Part shown: piece by piece, positions 1-7,399 of the stretch
Numbering within the stretch: the first letter of the stretch is position 1
Layout of the letters: every line of letters starts with the position of its first letter
Origin: a virus
Taxonomy: Duplodnaviria; Heunggongvirae; Uroviricota; Caudoviricetes
Strand: one strand, 5' to 3'
IMG/VR virus record: IMGVR_UViG_2548876858_000016
DNA: 19,882 nt
Notes under the pieces: generated by a model
Seen by the model: the letters and a program-made list of their open reading frames with translations, nothing else
Told to the model about the DNA's origin: nothing
Databases searched by the model: none
Position numbers and translations under genes: made by a program

Positions 1-492
1 TGACAAACCGGTTTTTGCTTTCAGTTGGCGATATCCGGCATAGCCCTCACGAATGTTGCCCTTTTTGATTTGCTCAACTGTTTCGGCAACGTGGCTGACT
101 TTTTCTTCCACCTGAGTGATCCGTTTCTGCTGACGAACAGCTTCAAGAGCCATCGCGGCAACCATTTCGATTTCGCTCATTGGCTTACGGATCTGTTCTT
201 CCAGTTCGCGCCAGCGATCTACCAGGCGGGCTGTGAATTCGGGACAAAGCTGTGCGACGACAATGATGCTGTCGCGTTTGCCTCGTTCACCTTCGAAAAG
301 ATAATGCTTACTTTTTTGAGTTAAACCTAACCCATTGATATTTTCAGAAATCCCCATTGGGGGAAGCTGAATAATCCTTCGTTCAGCAAGGCGCTCAATG
401 GATTGTTTCACTTTGTCATGGCGGCTACCCACCAGCTCTGCGATCTCAACGCTGGTCATGGATGCTTTGCCGTTAAAAATTGCGGTGTTCAT
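1..492 (-). CDS. Phage regulatory protein Rha-family (N-terminal part; frame runs off the left window edge)
   Basis: Minus-strand frame open from ATG (490-492) to position 1; absent from the ORF track because no stop lies inside the window. My translation starts MNTAIFNGKASMTSVEIAELVGSRHDKVKQSIERL..., which matches the conserved N-terminal pattern of Rha-family regulators. GGAGA 6 nt upstream; the ATG overlaps the TGA of the upstream cro-like gene (ATGA). Confidence 0.65.
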   Translation of the reverse strand, partial: MNTAIFNGKASMTSVEIAELVGSRHDKVKQSIERLAERRIIQLPPMGISENINGLGLTQKSKHYLFEGERGKRDSIIVVAQLCPEFTARLVDRWRELEEQIRKPMSEIEMVAAMALEAVRQQKRITQVEEKVSHVAETVEQIKKGNIREGYAGYRQLKAKTGLS

Positions 493-752
493 TGTTGGTC
501 TCCTGTGGGCTTGTCATCCTCTGTGTGCGCTAAGCCTGAATGTGGAAAAAGCTCTGGTAGGTCTGGACGAAATTCATACGCTTGGATCTTTCCGTCGACA
601 GCTGCAACCAATAACGGCACAAATTCTGGTGAAATCTTGTTCTTGCAGTTCAACCAATCGCAGACTGTTGACTGGGCCTTTCCGCATCGCTTGGCTAAGG
701 CTTGCTGACTTCCAAGAATCTCAATAGCTTTCTCTATGGCTTTATGTTTCAT
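489..752 (-). CDS. Cro/YdaS-like small HTH DNA-binding regulator
   Basis: Track ORF 489..803(-); the internal Met (MKHKAIEKAIEILGSQQALAKRCGKAQSTVCDWL...) at 750-752 has an AGGAGA SD 7 nt upstream, so the shorter start is preferred. HTH-like segment; divergent from the repressor gene; translationally coupled to rha. Confidence 0.6.
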   Translation of the reverse strand: MKHKAIEKAIEILGSQQALAKRCGKAQSTVCDWLNCKNKISPEFVPLLVAAVDGKIQAYEFRPDLPELFPHSGLAHTEDDKPTGDQQ

Positions 753-774
753 AATCGCATCTCCTATTGAACGC

Positions 775-803
775 ATAATAACAACAGGAAAAGCGATATT
801 CAA
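775..803 (-). promoter_or_regulatory. Candidate early promoter for the cro-like/rha operon (minus strand TTGAAT-17-TATTAT)
   Basis: Minus-strand hexamers read from reverse complement: -35 at 798-803, -10 at 775-780, 17-bp spacer. Two related motifs TTnAACGnnTAA (767-778 and 799-810) overlap the hexamers, as operator half-sites would. Confidence 0.4.
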
Positions 804-821
804 CGTTAAACCTAGAACATT

Positions 822-837
822 TATCGGAAAGCCGATA
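822..837. promoter_or_regulatory. Palindrome TATCGGaaagCCGATA in the cro/cI intergenic region; candidate operator
   Basis: Perfect 6-bp inverted arms with 4-bp spacer, ~35 bp upstream of the repressor start. ATCGG/CCGAT elements recur around the pL-like promoter (1616-1650). Confidence 0.35.
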
Positions 838-871
838 GACTAGCCAAGATAGAGAGGGGAGGAAAATCGCA

Positions 872-1564
872 ATGACATTTTCAGAACGACTTGATTTAGC
901 TATGCGCAACGCAAAATTTACGCAAGGTAGGCTGGCCAAAGAAGTGGGTATGGCTCAGTCCAGTGTCAATCAACTACTTAACAAAGCCAACGGTTCCAGA
1001 AAAACAGTCGAAATAGCAAAAGTTTTGGGCGTTAACCCGGAATGGCTCGCATCGGGTGTTGGCCCAATGGAAATCGTGACCTCTGCAGACTCACACCAAA
1101 TACGTAACATTTCTGAGGATTGGGTTACTGATTCGTATGTCGTGGATGTTTTAGACATCAGATATAGTTGCGGACCTGGTAGTTATAACTCTGATTTTCC
1201 TGACATTGTCAGATCTATAGCGATAGAACCAGGATACGCATCAAGAGTTTTTGGCGGCAGGCCAGCATCAGCAATCAAAGCAATAAACGCCCACGGCGAC
1301 AGTATGAAAGGCACAATAGACCCTGAAGACTTGGTATTTGTAGATGTATCAGTTCGCGCATTTAATGGTGATGGTATATACGCCTTTACATACTCTGGAA
1401 CATCGCACATCAAAAGACTTCAAAAAATCAAAGATACTCTAACGGTGATATCTGACAACCCAGCTTACAAGGATTGGGCTATCGAACCGGAAGACTTTGA
1501 ACAACTTCACATTGACGGAAAAGTAATTGTCAGTTGGCCTATGACACTACACCGTTTTGCATAA
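872..1564 (+). CDS. CI-like phage repressor (N-terminal HTH_XRE domain + C-terminal S24 LexA-like autopeptidase domain)
   Basis: 230-aa ORF. N-terminal HTH (QGRLAKEVGMAQSSVNQLL), C-terminal GDSM serine motif and downstream Lys (HIKRLQK) typical of S24 peptidases. GGAGG SD ~9 nt upstream; divergent from cro-like gene. Confidence 0.85.
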   Translation: MTFSERLDLAMRNAKFTQGRLAKEVGMAQSSVNQLLNKANGSRKTVEIAKVLGVNPEWLASGVGPMEIVTSADSHQIRNISEDWVTDSYVVDVLDIRYSCGPGSYNSDFPDIVRSIAIEPGYASRVFGGRPASAIKAINAHGDSMKGTIDPEDLVFVDVSVRAFNGDGIYAFTYSGTSHIKRLQKIKDTLTVISDNPAYKDWAIEPEDFEQLHIDGKVIVSWPMTLHRFA

Positions 1565-1582
1565 GCAAAAATCATTTAACCC

Positions 1583-1608
1583 GCCCACTCTTAAGTGGGC
1601 TTTTTTTT
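1583..1608 (+). terminator. Rho-independent terminator after the repressor gene
   Basis: GCCCACTC / GTGGGC stem with short loop followed by T8 run (1601-1608). Confidence 0.55.
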
Positions 1609-1629
1609 GGAAAGAAATCGATAAACCGA

Positions 1630-1658
1630 TTGACAGGAAAAATCGGCAAACCTATTAT
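1630..1658 (+). promoter_or_regulatory. Near-consensus sigma70 promoter (TTGACA-17-TATTAT), pL-like
   Basis: TTGACA at 1630-1635, 17-bp spacer, TATTAT at 1653-1658; flanked by CCGAT/ATCGG dyad elements; drives the downstream plus-strand operon. Confidence 0.55.
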
Positions 1659-1707
1659 CATGGCATAGGTATCGAACTCACCAAAACAATTATAGAGGAT
1701 GAGAAAA

Positions 1708-2205
1708 ATGTCATCGTATATGGGGTTACCAACAAATCAGCACGATGCTCTTGAGAATATTCAGCTCTTAGTCGGGGCTGGTGCACTACTGTATAGCAGC
1801 AATAACCCTGAGTTAATTGAACTTGCCAGCTCCATCCTGGCTGTAACTCAAAAATATAGCCTCACAGCGTCGCGTTTATGCAAACAAAATTTAGCTATTA
1901 ATTCCCAGAATCGGATTAGCACCCAACGCGAAGCCTGCGGCTTAACAACAGCCGAACTCGCCAGGCTGCTCGATCTCGATGAAGAAATTATCATCCAGTG
2001 GGAGAGCGGAGAGTATGAACCAACTATCAGTATGCTTATCCCACTGGCAAATATTCTTGGCTGCGATCCGATGTGCCTGTTAACTGGTGAGGTTACTCCT
2101 CCGGAGCAACCAAAAAGTGAGGAGCAGCAACACCATGACGCATCTCAACAAGTTTGCCCCTTATCTCGCGAAGCTCTTCTGCGGAAGAACCAATACCAAT
2201 GGTGA
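1708..2205 (+). CDS. HTH_XRE-family DNA-binding protein
   Basis: Track ORF 1699..2205. AGAGG (1694-1698) abuts the first ATG, so the second ATG at 1708 (8-nt spacing) is preferred. Cro/C1-type HTH (LTTAELARLLDLDEEIIIQWESGEYEPTISMLIPLANILG) lies in the C-terminal half. Confidence 0.55.
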   Translation: MSSYMGLPTNQHDALENIQLLVGAGALLYSSNNPELIELASSILAVTQKYSLTASRLCKQNLAINSQNRISTQREACGLTTAELARLLDLDEEIIIQWESGEYEPTISMLIPLANILGCDPMCLLTGEVTPPEQPKSEEQQHHDASQQVCPLSREALLRKNQYQW

Positions 2206-2333
2206 CATAATCGCCGCTTCGCCCCTCAAGGTACATGCGAACATTTTTATCAATCATTGCGGAAACAGTCTCAATATGAAAACACTTCTGAGACTCGCTA
2301 TATAGCAGAACATATAAGTCAGCTGAGGAAGCC

Positions 2334-2690
2334 ATGAAAAAGTTCGAAAACATAACTGTTCTCCATGTTGATAACTTTGATTATACAAACCAGGAACTTC
2401 TCCCGGAGGTTGTAAAGGCAATAGATGTTGCCGATATAGTGATTAGAGGAAAGAGAATTGTCAAAAACAGGCTCGCATGCACTTCAGGAGCAATGACAGA
2501 AACAACCTCACAACAAGATGATTATGAAGGCATTTGTCTGGAGCCTGATTCATTTGCGGTAAATGTTTATCATTTATTGCATGCAACACAGGTATTACAT
2601 ATTTCCAGTAATCACGAAACGAAAACACTCGGCAGCGAAATTCTGAATTTTGCATGTGAGTATGCAAAAGCTGCTGCCGAAAATAATTAG
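2334..2690 (+). CDS. Hypothetical protein (118 aa)
   Basis: Track ORF; GAGGA SD 4 nt upstream; same orientation as the operon. Start overlaps a competing minus-strand ORF (see findings). Confidence 0.4.
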   Translation: MKKFENITVLHVDNFDYTNQELLPEVVKAIDVADIVIRGKRIVKNRLACTSGAMTETTSQQDDYEGICLEPDSFAVNVYHLLHATQVLHISSNHETKTLGSEILNFACEYAKAAAENN

Positions 2691-2890
2691 CACAATAAAT
2701 ATGCCCTGAACGTTTATTACGGTTTTATCGCCGGGGATTGTTACAACCTTTATTCACAGATGGAACTCAGTTATGACTTTCCTGAAAAATAAGGCATCGT
2801 ATAAAACTGCCTGCCTCATTGCACAACATGGAGATTCTTATCTTCATATAGCCAACCTGTATTTGCGCAAAGCATATGGGAGATAAATCA

Positions 2891-3079
2891 ATGGAAGAAA
2901 AAGAACAGAACATAACACATGAAAAAGTCAGAGTGTTGTTGACCATTGAAAATGGGAAGGTAATTCACTCAAAACATCTGTTGGATAATGAATTTGTTGG
3001 CTGCACGGATACATTTTTGTGGATGGTAAAACGAGCGGGTTACACTATTATTCCACCAGCAAAGGAGCAAACATTATGA
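2891..3079 (+). CDS. Hypothetical small protein (62 aa)
   Basis: Internal start of track ORF 2876..3079, with GGGAGA SD 7 nt upstream of the ATG at 2891. Stop overlaps the next start (ATGA at 3076-3079). Confidence 0.4.
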   Translation: MEEKEQNITHEKVRVLLTIENGKVIHSKHLLDNEFVGCTDTFLWMVKRAGYTIIPPAKEQTL

Positions 3080-3657
3080 ATCATTCAGAGTTCCGACCAG
3101 AAGTTACGCCACACGGTATAAAAATTGGCAATACAACCATAGATTATGCCGAGGCCGTACAGCGACTTAATGATGGTGAATATGATTATCCAAATTCACG
3201 CGGTTTAAGAATTCTTCAGTGCCTTGCTGAAGCGGATGATGCCGGATTGCTGGGAAAATTATCCGTCGATATGAAAGTTGCTCAATGGCGCTGGCTGTAT
3301 GTTACGACGTTTATAAATGAAGAGGAAGTCAGGAACGGCACCGTTGATATCCCTAACGATAATGGGACTACATATCGTGCAGTTATTTATAAGGGGAAAT
3401 ATGGTTGCATGAGTATATACCCTGAACCAATTCGCATTGCCCTGCAAAACCATGTCGAATGGGGATTCATTGAAAAATATGGCGAAGCTGAAGGCATGGG
3501 GCGAGTTCTGTTTCTCTATCAAAAAATGCTCATCGCAGATCCTGATAATGGCTTCATTGTCTCTGCTATGGGACGAGAAGGGCTTGAACTTCTTCTGGAT
3601 GAAATGATTCACGATCTGAATACTCATGGTATGCCAGAAACACCAGTGGCACATTAA
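3076..3657 (+). CDS. Hypothetical protein (193 aa)
   Basis: Internal start of track ORF 3019..3657 (track start is GTG without SD). ATG at 3076 has AAGGAG SD 8 nt upstream. Confidence 0.6.
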   Translation: MNHSEFRPEVTPHGIKIGNTTIDYAEAVQRLNDGEYDYPNSRGLRILQCLAEADDAGLLGKLSVDMKVAQWRWLYVTTFINEEEVRNGTVDIPNDNGTTYRAVIYKGKYGCMSIYPEPIRIALQNHVEWGFIEKYGEAEGMGRVLFLYQKMLIADPDNGFIVSAMGREGLELLLDEMIHDLNTHGMPETPVAH

Positions 3658-3659
3658 AT

Positions 3660-3938
3660 ATGTCAAATCAGAATAAAATTAATGTATTTCAGGTTGAGTC
3701 AAAACATAAAACACCTGTGATAAAACACGTTCGCCGCCATACACGCATCTATACGCCAGAAGAGTTTATGGCAATGCCAATGATAAAGAAACTCATACGA
3801 GACAATCCCGGTCTCGTTGCTATAGATAAAAACAGTGGAGAAATAATGTTATCACGTGAGATTGCCGAAATTTACTGTAGCGTGAATAACAGTAAAAAGT
3901 TGAAAAAGGCAATCAGAAAGATATCAGGAGGAGCATGA
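3660..3938 (+). CDS. Hypothetical basic protein (92 aa)
   Basis: Track ORF, 2 nt after the previous stop; its stop overlaps the next start (ATGA at 3935-3938). Confidence 0.5.
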   Translation: MSNQNKINVFQVESKHKTPVIKHVRRHTRIYTPEEFMAMPMIKKLIRDNPGLVAIDKNSGEIMLSREIAEIYCSVNNSKKLKKAIRKISGGA

Positions 3939-4123
3939 ATATTTATTTCAGAATAGTCATATCACTGGCAATTATCTCATGCATTTACGGATTACTCGTC
4001 CCGTTTCTGATATCAATGAAGGATACGGTAGCGGTAATTTCTGGCTTTGCACTGGCGTTTCTGACCCCGCCATGCATTTATGCCATTTATAAGGGGCTTT
4101 CTTTCACTAAGGATAAAAGATGA
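3935..4123 (+). CDS. Small membrane protein with two hydrophobic segments (62 aa)
   Basis: Track ORF; AGGAGG SD; segments IVISLAIISCIYGLLVPFLI and VAVISGFALAFLTPPCIYAI. Coupled on both sides by ATGA overlaps. Confidence 0.55.
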   Translation: MNIYFRIVISLAIISCIYGLLVPFLISMKDTVAVISGFALAFLTPPCIYAIYKGLSFTKDKR

Positions 4124-4947
4124 AAAAAATTATTTTTTCTTTAGCCATTGTTCTGCCTGCCATTGGCCTTGTCGGTTGTGATCGTGTTGAGCCTGGTAAT
4201 GTGGGCATCAAAGTCAACAAACTTGGCGACGACAAAGGCGTCGGTGAAGTGGTCGGTGTTGGTCGCTACTGGACAGGCTGGAACACTGAAGTTTATATCT
4301 TCCCGACCTTTAAGCAGATGAAGACCTACGATGATCCATTCAGTTTCCAGATGAGCGATGGAACAACCATTGGTTACCACATCGGAGTAGCCTACAAGGT
4401 TGATCCATCCAAAGTTACCACGGTGTTTCAAACCTACCGCAAAGGTGTGGATGACATTACCGACACCGACCTGCGCCAGAAGATAGCAGATGCACTAAAT
4501 CGGCTGGCCAGCAAAATGACCACTGATAAATTTATCGACGGTGGCAAATCTGAACTACTGGATGCAGCTCTAAAAGATATTCAGGCAGAAATGACGCCCA
4601 TCGGTATTCAGGTAATGAGCCTGTCTTATGTAGGTAAACCGGAGTACCCGCCAACCGTTATCGACAGCATTAACGCCAAAGTCACGGCAAACCAGAAAAC
4701 CCTGCAACGCGAGCAGGAAGTAAAACAGCGCGAAGCGGAAGCCAACATGTTGCGTGCGGAGGCTGCCGGACAGGCAGATGCAATTCGCACAAAAGCCCAG
4801 GCCGAAGCCGATGCTATTCGTTTACGCGGTGAAGCTCTGCGCCAGAACCCCGGAGTTATGGAGCTGGAAGCCATCAATAAATGGAACGGCACACTGCCGC
4901 AATACATGACCAGCGGAGCCAATACACCCTTTATCCAGGTTAAATAA
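4120..4947 (+). CDS. SPFH/band-7 (stomatin/HflK-C-like) domain lipoprotein
   Basis: 275-aa ORF; N-terminal signal peptide with lipobox LVGC (MKKIIFSLAIVLPAIGLVGC); central region resembles the SPFH fold; A/E/Q-rich coiled-coil tail (QREAEANMLRAEAAGQADAIRTKAQAEADAIRLRGEA); AAGGA SD 6 nt upstream. Confidence 0.75.
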   Translation: MKKIIFSLAIVLPAIGLVGCDRVEPGNVGIKVNKLGDDKGVGEVVGVGRYWTGWNTEVYIFPTFKQMKTYDDPFSFQMSDGTTIGYHIGVAYKVDPSKVTTVFQTYRKGVDDITDTDLRQKIADALNRLASKMTTDKFIDGGKSELLDAALKDIQAEMTPIGIQVMSLSYVGKPEYPPTVIDSINAKVTANQKTLQREQEVKQREAEANMLRAEAAGQADAIRTKAQAEADAIRLRGEALRQNPGVMELEAINKWNGTLPQYMTSGANTPFIQVK

Positions 4948-4954
4948 CTTATAT

Positions 4955-4973
4955 GCCCGGCAGGCCGCCGGGC
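4955..4973 (+). other. GC-rich hairpin (GCCCGGC-aggcc-GCCGGGC) between the SPFH gene and the next gene, without a U-tract
   Basis: Perfect 7-bp GC stem with 5-nt loop; no T-run follows, so not a classical intrinsic terminator; possible RNA-stability or processing element. Confidence 0.4.
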
Positions 4974-4987
4974 TAAGGGAAAAGCAG

Positions 4988-5347
4988 ATGAACACTCATA
5001 ATACTCAACCGCAAATAATGAACTATGACCCAAATCTGACGTTATGCGGACGCATGGCAAAACAAACCGTTCGATTAATTTTCGGGCTATGGGAATACCG
5101 CGAAACATTCGAAGTCACTGTCGGTGGCAACCTGACCGGACTCGATGTTATCAGTTGCGCTATTGAAAGCCTGTACGAAACGCTGCCTTATGAAGAAGTC
5201 GAGGATGAGCGCGATATCATCGCCACCATTAATATCGGCGGCGTGAAATGCAAGGATGAAAACTTGATCGGAGAGCTATGGCTTGCCGGAATGCTTATCT
5301 CAGCAGAAATTATCAGTATTGAACCCGCTACAAACATACGGCTCTGA
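4988..5347 (+). CDS. Hypothetical protein (119 aa)
   Basis: Track ORF; AAGGG SD 8 nt upstream. Confidence 0.5.
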   Translation: MNTHNTQPQIMNYDPNLTLCGRMAKQTVRLIFGLWEYRETFEVTVGGNLTGLDVISCAIESLYETLPYEEVEDERDIIATINIGGVKCKDENLIGELWLAGMLISAEIISIEPATNIRL

Positions 5348-5378
5348 AGTTCTCACAACTCAGGGAACAGGAGAAAAA

Positions 5379-5621
5379 ATGTTCGCTTTGATTAATCAAG
5401 GGCAACTGTATACCGACAGTGCCGGTTACCCGGTAAAAATTATTCGCTGCATAAATAATATCGTGTTGTACAGAAGAATGGATGGGCGAACACAGTCGGT
5501 AAAAATAAACGATTTTAATGAACTGTTTGAACGGATCGATCACCAGGAATACCGACAAATTCTGGCAGAAACAGAGCAGGAAGCTCATCTGAAAAAATTA
5601 CGAGCCATGAAAAGGAAGTAA
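5379..5621 (+). CDS. Hypothetical small protein (80 aa)
   Basis: Internal ATG of track ORF 5283..5621, with AGGAGA SD ~5 nt upstream. Confidence 0.5.
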   Translation: MFALINQGQLYTDSAGYPVKIIRCINNIVLYRRMDGRTQSVKINDFNELFERIDHQEYRQILAETEQEAHLKKLRAMKRK

Positions 5622-5624
5622 AGA

Positions 5625-5771
5625 ATGAATAAAGCATTTGAACGATGGGTCCACCAGCGTTACGGCAATCGCTATGACCTGACACGAGATGTTGACGGTT
5701 TCTACTGTCGTGAAATTGTGAAACGAATGTTTGAAGTGTGGTGCCACTGCCGTGGGCTGAGTGTTGTGTGA
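5625..5771 (+). CDS. Hypothetical small Cys-containing protein (48 aa), not in ORF track
   Basis: My translation: MNKAFERWVHQRYGNRYDLTRDVDGFYCREIVKRMFEVWCHCRGLSVV, stop TGA at 5769-5771. AGGAAG SD ~8 nt upstream; fills the gap between neighbouring genes in the same orientation. Confidence 0.35.
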   Translation: MNKAFERWVHQRYGNRYDLTRDVDGFYCREIVKRMFEVWCHCRGLSVV

Positions 5772-5779
5772 GGTAATGC

Positions 5780-6016
5780 ATGGGCAATGTGATTCAACTG
5801 GCTCCCAATGAATGGGTTTGTGAAAGCGTTCTAATCGCAATTACCGGGCTCAAACCAGGCACAATTCTTCGGGCCCGGAAAGAATGCTGGATGGTTGGAA
5901 GAGAGTATATTCACGTATCACCAGACGGTAATCCAAAGCCTTCCAGTGAATGTATGTATAACAGAAAAGCAATAGATGCCTGGGTTGCTTCAATGAAAAA
6001 CAAACAACCTGGGTGA
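5780..6016 (+). CDS. Excisionase-like (Xis-type) small DNA-binding protein
   Basis: 78-aa ORF immediately upstream of the integrase; EW...R...W...GREY pattern reminiscent of lambda-type Xis; GAGGT SD. Confidence 0.55.
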   Translation: MGNVIQLAPNEWVCESVLIAITGLKPGTILRARKECWMVGREYIHVSPDGNPKPSSECMYNRKAIDAWVASMKNKQPG

Positions 6017-6071
6017 TTTAATGCCATGAAGTATGTAAGCTCGTATCGCTCTTGGGTGTCTGGAGGTATCA

Positions 6072-7385
6072 ATGGATAAAGTCAAATATCCAACAGGCGT
6101 CGAAAACCACGGTGGCACATTACGCATCTGGTTTAATTTTAAAGGTAAACGTGTCAGGGAAAATCTTGGTGTCCCTGACACTGCCAAGAACAGGAAGATC
6201 GCCGGAGAGCTGCGGACATCTGTATGTTTTGCTATTCGTACAGGAAACTTTGATTACGCTGCGCAGTTCCCTGACTCTCCTAACCTCAAGGCTTTTGGGG
6301 TAAGTAAAAAAGAAATTACGGTGAAGGAACTTGAAGAAAAGTGGCTGGATCTGAAACGAATGGAAATCTCTGCAAATGCATTCAATCGCTATGAATCCGT
6401 TGCAAGAACGATGGTTCCGAAAATTGGAGGCAGCAGACTGGTGTCATCGGTAACTAAAGAGGAATTGCTGTATATCAGGAAAGATTTGCTGACCGGATAT
6501 CAGAATTCAACGAAAAACAAAGCAGCAGCAAAAGGACGGAGCGTCGTTACTGTAAATTATTACATGACGACAATCGCTGGAATGTTTCAGTTTGCTGCAG
6601 ATCACGGTTACCTAGAAGCAAATCCTTTCCAGGGAATTAAGCCTCTTAAAAGAGCCAGGGCAGAGCCAGATCCGCTAACTCGTGACGAATTTATTCGCCT
6701 GATAGATGCTTGCCGACATCAGCAGACGAAAAACCTGTGGTCATTGGCTGTGTACACAGGAATGCGTCACGGTGAACTGGTCTCCCTGGCCTGGGAAGAT
6801 ATCGATCTGAAAGCAGGAACTATTACTATCAGGCGCAATTATACGAAACTCGGTGAGTTCGCTCTACCTAAAACTGAAGCAAGTACAAACAGGGTTGTGC
6901 ATCTTATCCAGCCCGCTATCAGTGTCCTGAAAAATCAGGCTGAAATGACAAGACTGGGTAAGCAGCACCACATCAAGGTTCAACTACGTGAATATGGGCG
7001 TTCAGTGAATCATGAATGTACTTTCGTATTTAACCCCCAGGTGGTTAGAAAAAGCAAACAGGTCGGTTTTATCTACAAGGTAGATTCTATTGGCGACTCA
7101 TGGGAAACAGCCATTAAGCGTGCGGGCATCAGGCACCGGAAAGCATACCAGTCACGACACACTTATGCGTGCTGGTCATTATCTGCCGGAGCAAACCCAA
7201 GCTTCATTGCCAGCCAGATGGGCCATGCAAGTGCCCAGATGGTGTTCAATGTATACGGAGCATGGATGACTGACAGTAATGCAGAACAGATCGCAATGCT
7301 GAATCAGAAGCTGGCAGATTATGTCCCAATGATGTCCCATGGTCACCAAAGTGACACAAGAGACTTATTAAAATCAGTGGGTTAG
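6072..7385 (+). CDS. int: Tyrosine site-specific integrase (phage integrase family)
   Basis: 437-aa ORF; GGAGGT SD; C-terminal catalytic-domain pattern (TGMRHGEL, HxxR-type segment SRHTYA, catalytic Tyr in NVYGAWM); stop lies directly at the junction with the host-gene fragment. Confidence 0.9.
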   Translation: MDKVKYPTGVENHGGTLRIWFNFKGKRVRENLGVPDTAKNRKIAGELRTSVCFAIRTGNFDYAAQFPDSPNLKAFGVSKKEITVKELEEKWLDLKRMEISANAFNRYESVARTMVPKIGGSRLVSSVTKEELLYIRKDLLTGYQNSTKNKAAAKGRSVVTVNYYMTTIAGMFQFAADHGYLEANPFQGIKPLKRARAEPDPLTRDEFIRLIDACRHQQTKNLWSLAVYTGMRHGELVSLAWEDIDLKAGTITIRRNYTKLGEFALPKTEASTNRVVHLIQPAISVLKNQAEMTRLGKQHHIKVQLREYGRSVNHECTFVFNPQVVRKSKQVGFIYKVDSIGDSWETAIKRAGIRHRKAYQSRHTYACWSLSAGANPSFIASQMGHASAQMVFNVYGAWMTDSNAEQIAMLNQKLADYVPMMSHGHQSDTRDLLKSVG

Positions 7386-7399
7386 CCTTCAATACCCGT

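Larger units (their letters stand above)
1..7399. mobile_element. Integrase-proximal end of a lambdoid-type prophage (partial; continues beyond left window edge)
   Basis: Gene content and order: rha / cro-like (minus), CI-like repressor (plus), pL-like promoter, accessory operon, xis-like, tyrosine integrase ending at 7385 directly next to a host-gene fragment. Confidence 0.7.

Noticed and set aside
25-727. Plus-strand track ORFs 25-324, 398-727 and 403-708
   Set aside because: Antisense to the minus-strand rha and cro-like frames, which have recognisable domains, SD sequences and start/stop coupling; the plus-strand products are low-complexity with no SD.
742-1413. Minus-strand track ORFs 742-939, 970-1158 and 1183-1413
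   Set aside because: They lie across the regulatory region or antisense inside the CI-like repressor gene, which has clear HTH and S24 motifs.
1557-1754. Track ORF 1557-1754 (+)
   Set aside because: Spans the intrinsic terminator and the pL-like promoter; out of frame with the HTH gene and lacking an SD.
2087-2305. Track ORF 2087-2305 (+)
   Set aside because: Alternative frame over the end of the HTH gene; no SD, and the product is not protein-like.
4141-5108. Minus-strand track ORFs 4141-4431 and 4626-5108
   Set aside because: Antisense within the SPFH lipoprotein gene and its neighbour; shadow ORFs of GC-richer coding sequence.
5328-5840. Minus-strand track ORFs 5328-5588, 5515-5787 and 5598-5840
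   Set aside because: Mutually overlapping and antisense to the coupled plus-strand genes.
5990-6303. Track ORFs 5990-6187 (-) and 6052-6303 (+)
   Set aside because: Overlap the integrase start in other frames; the integrase frame is strongly supported.
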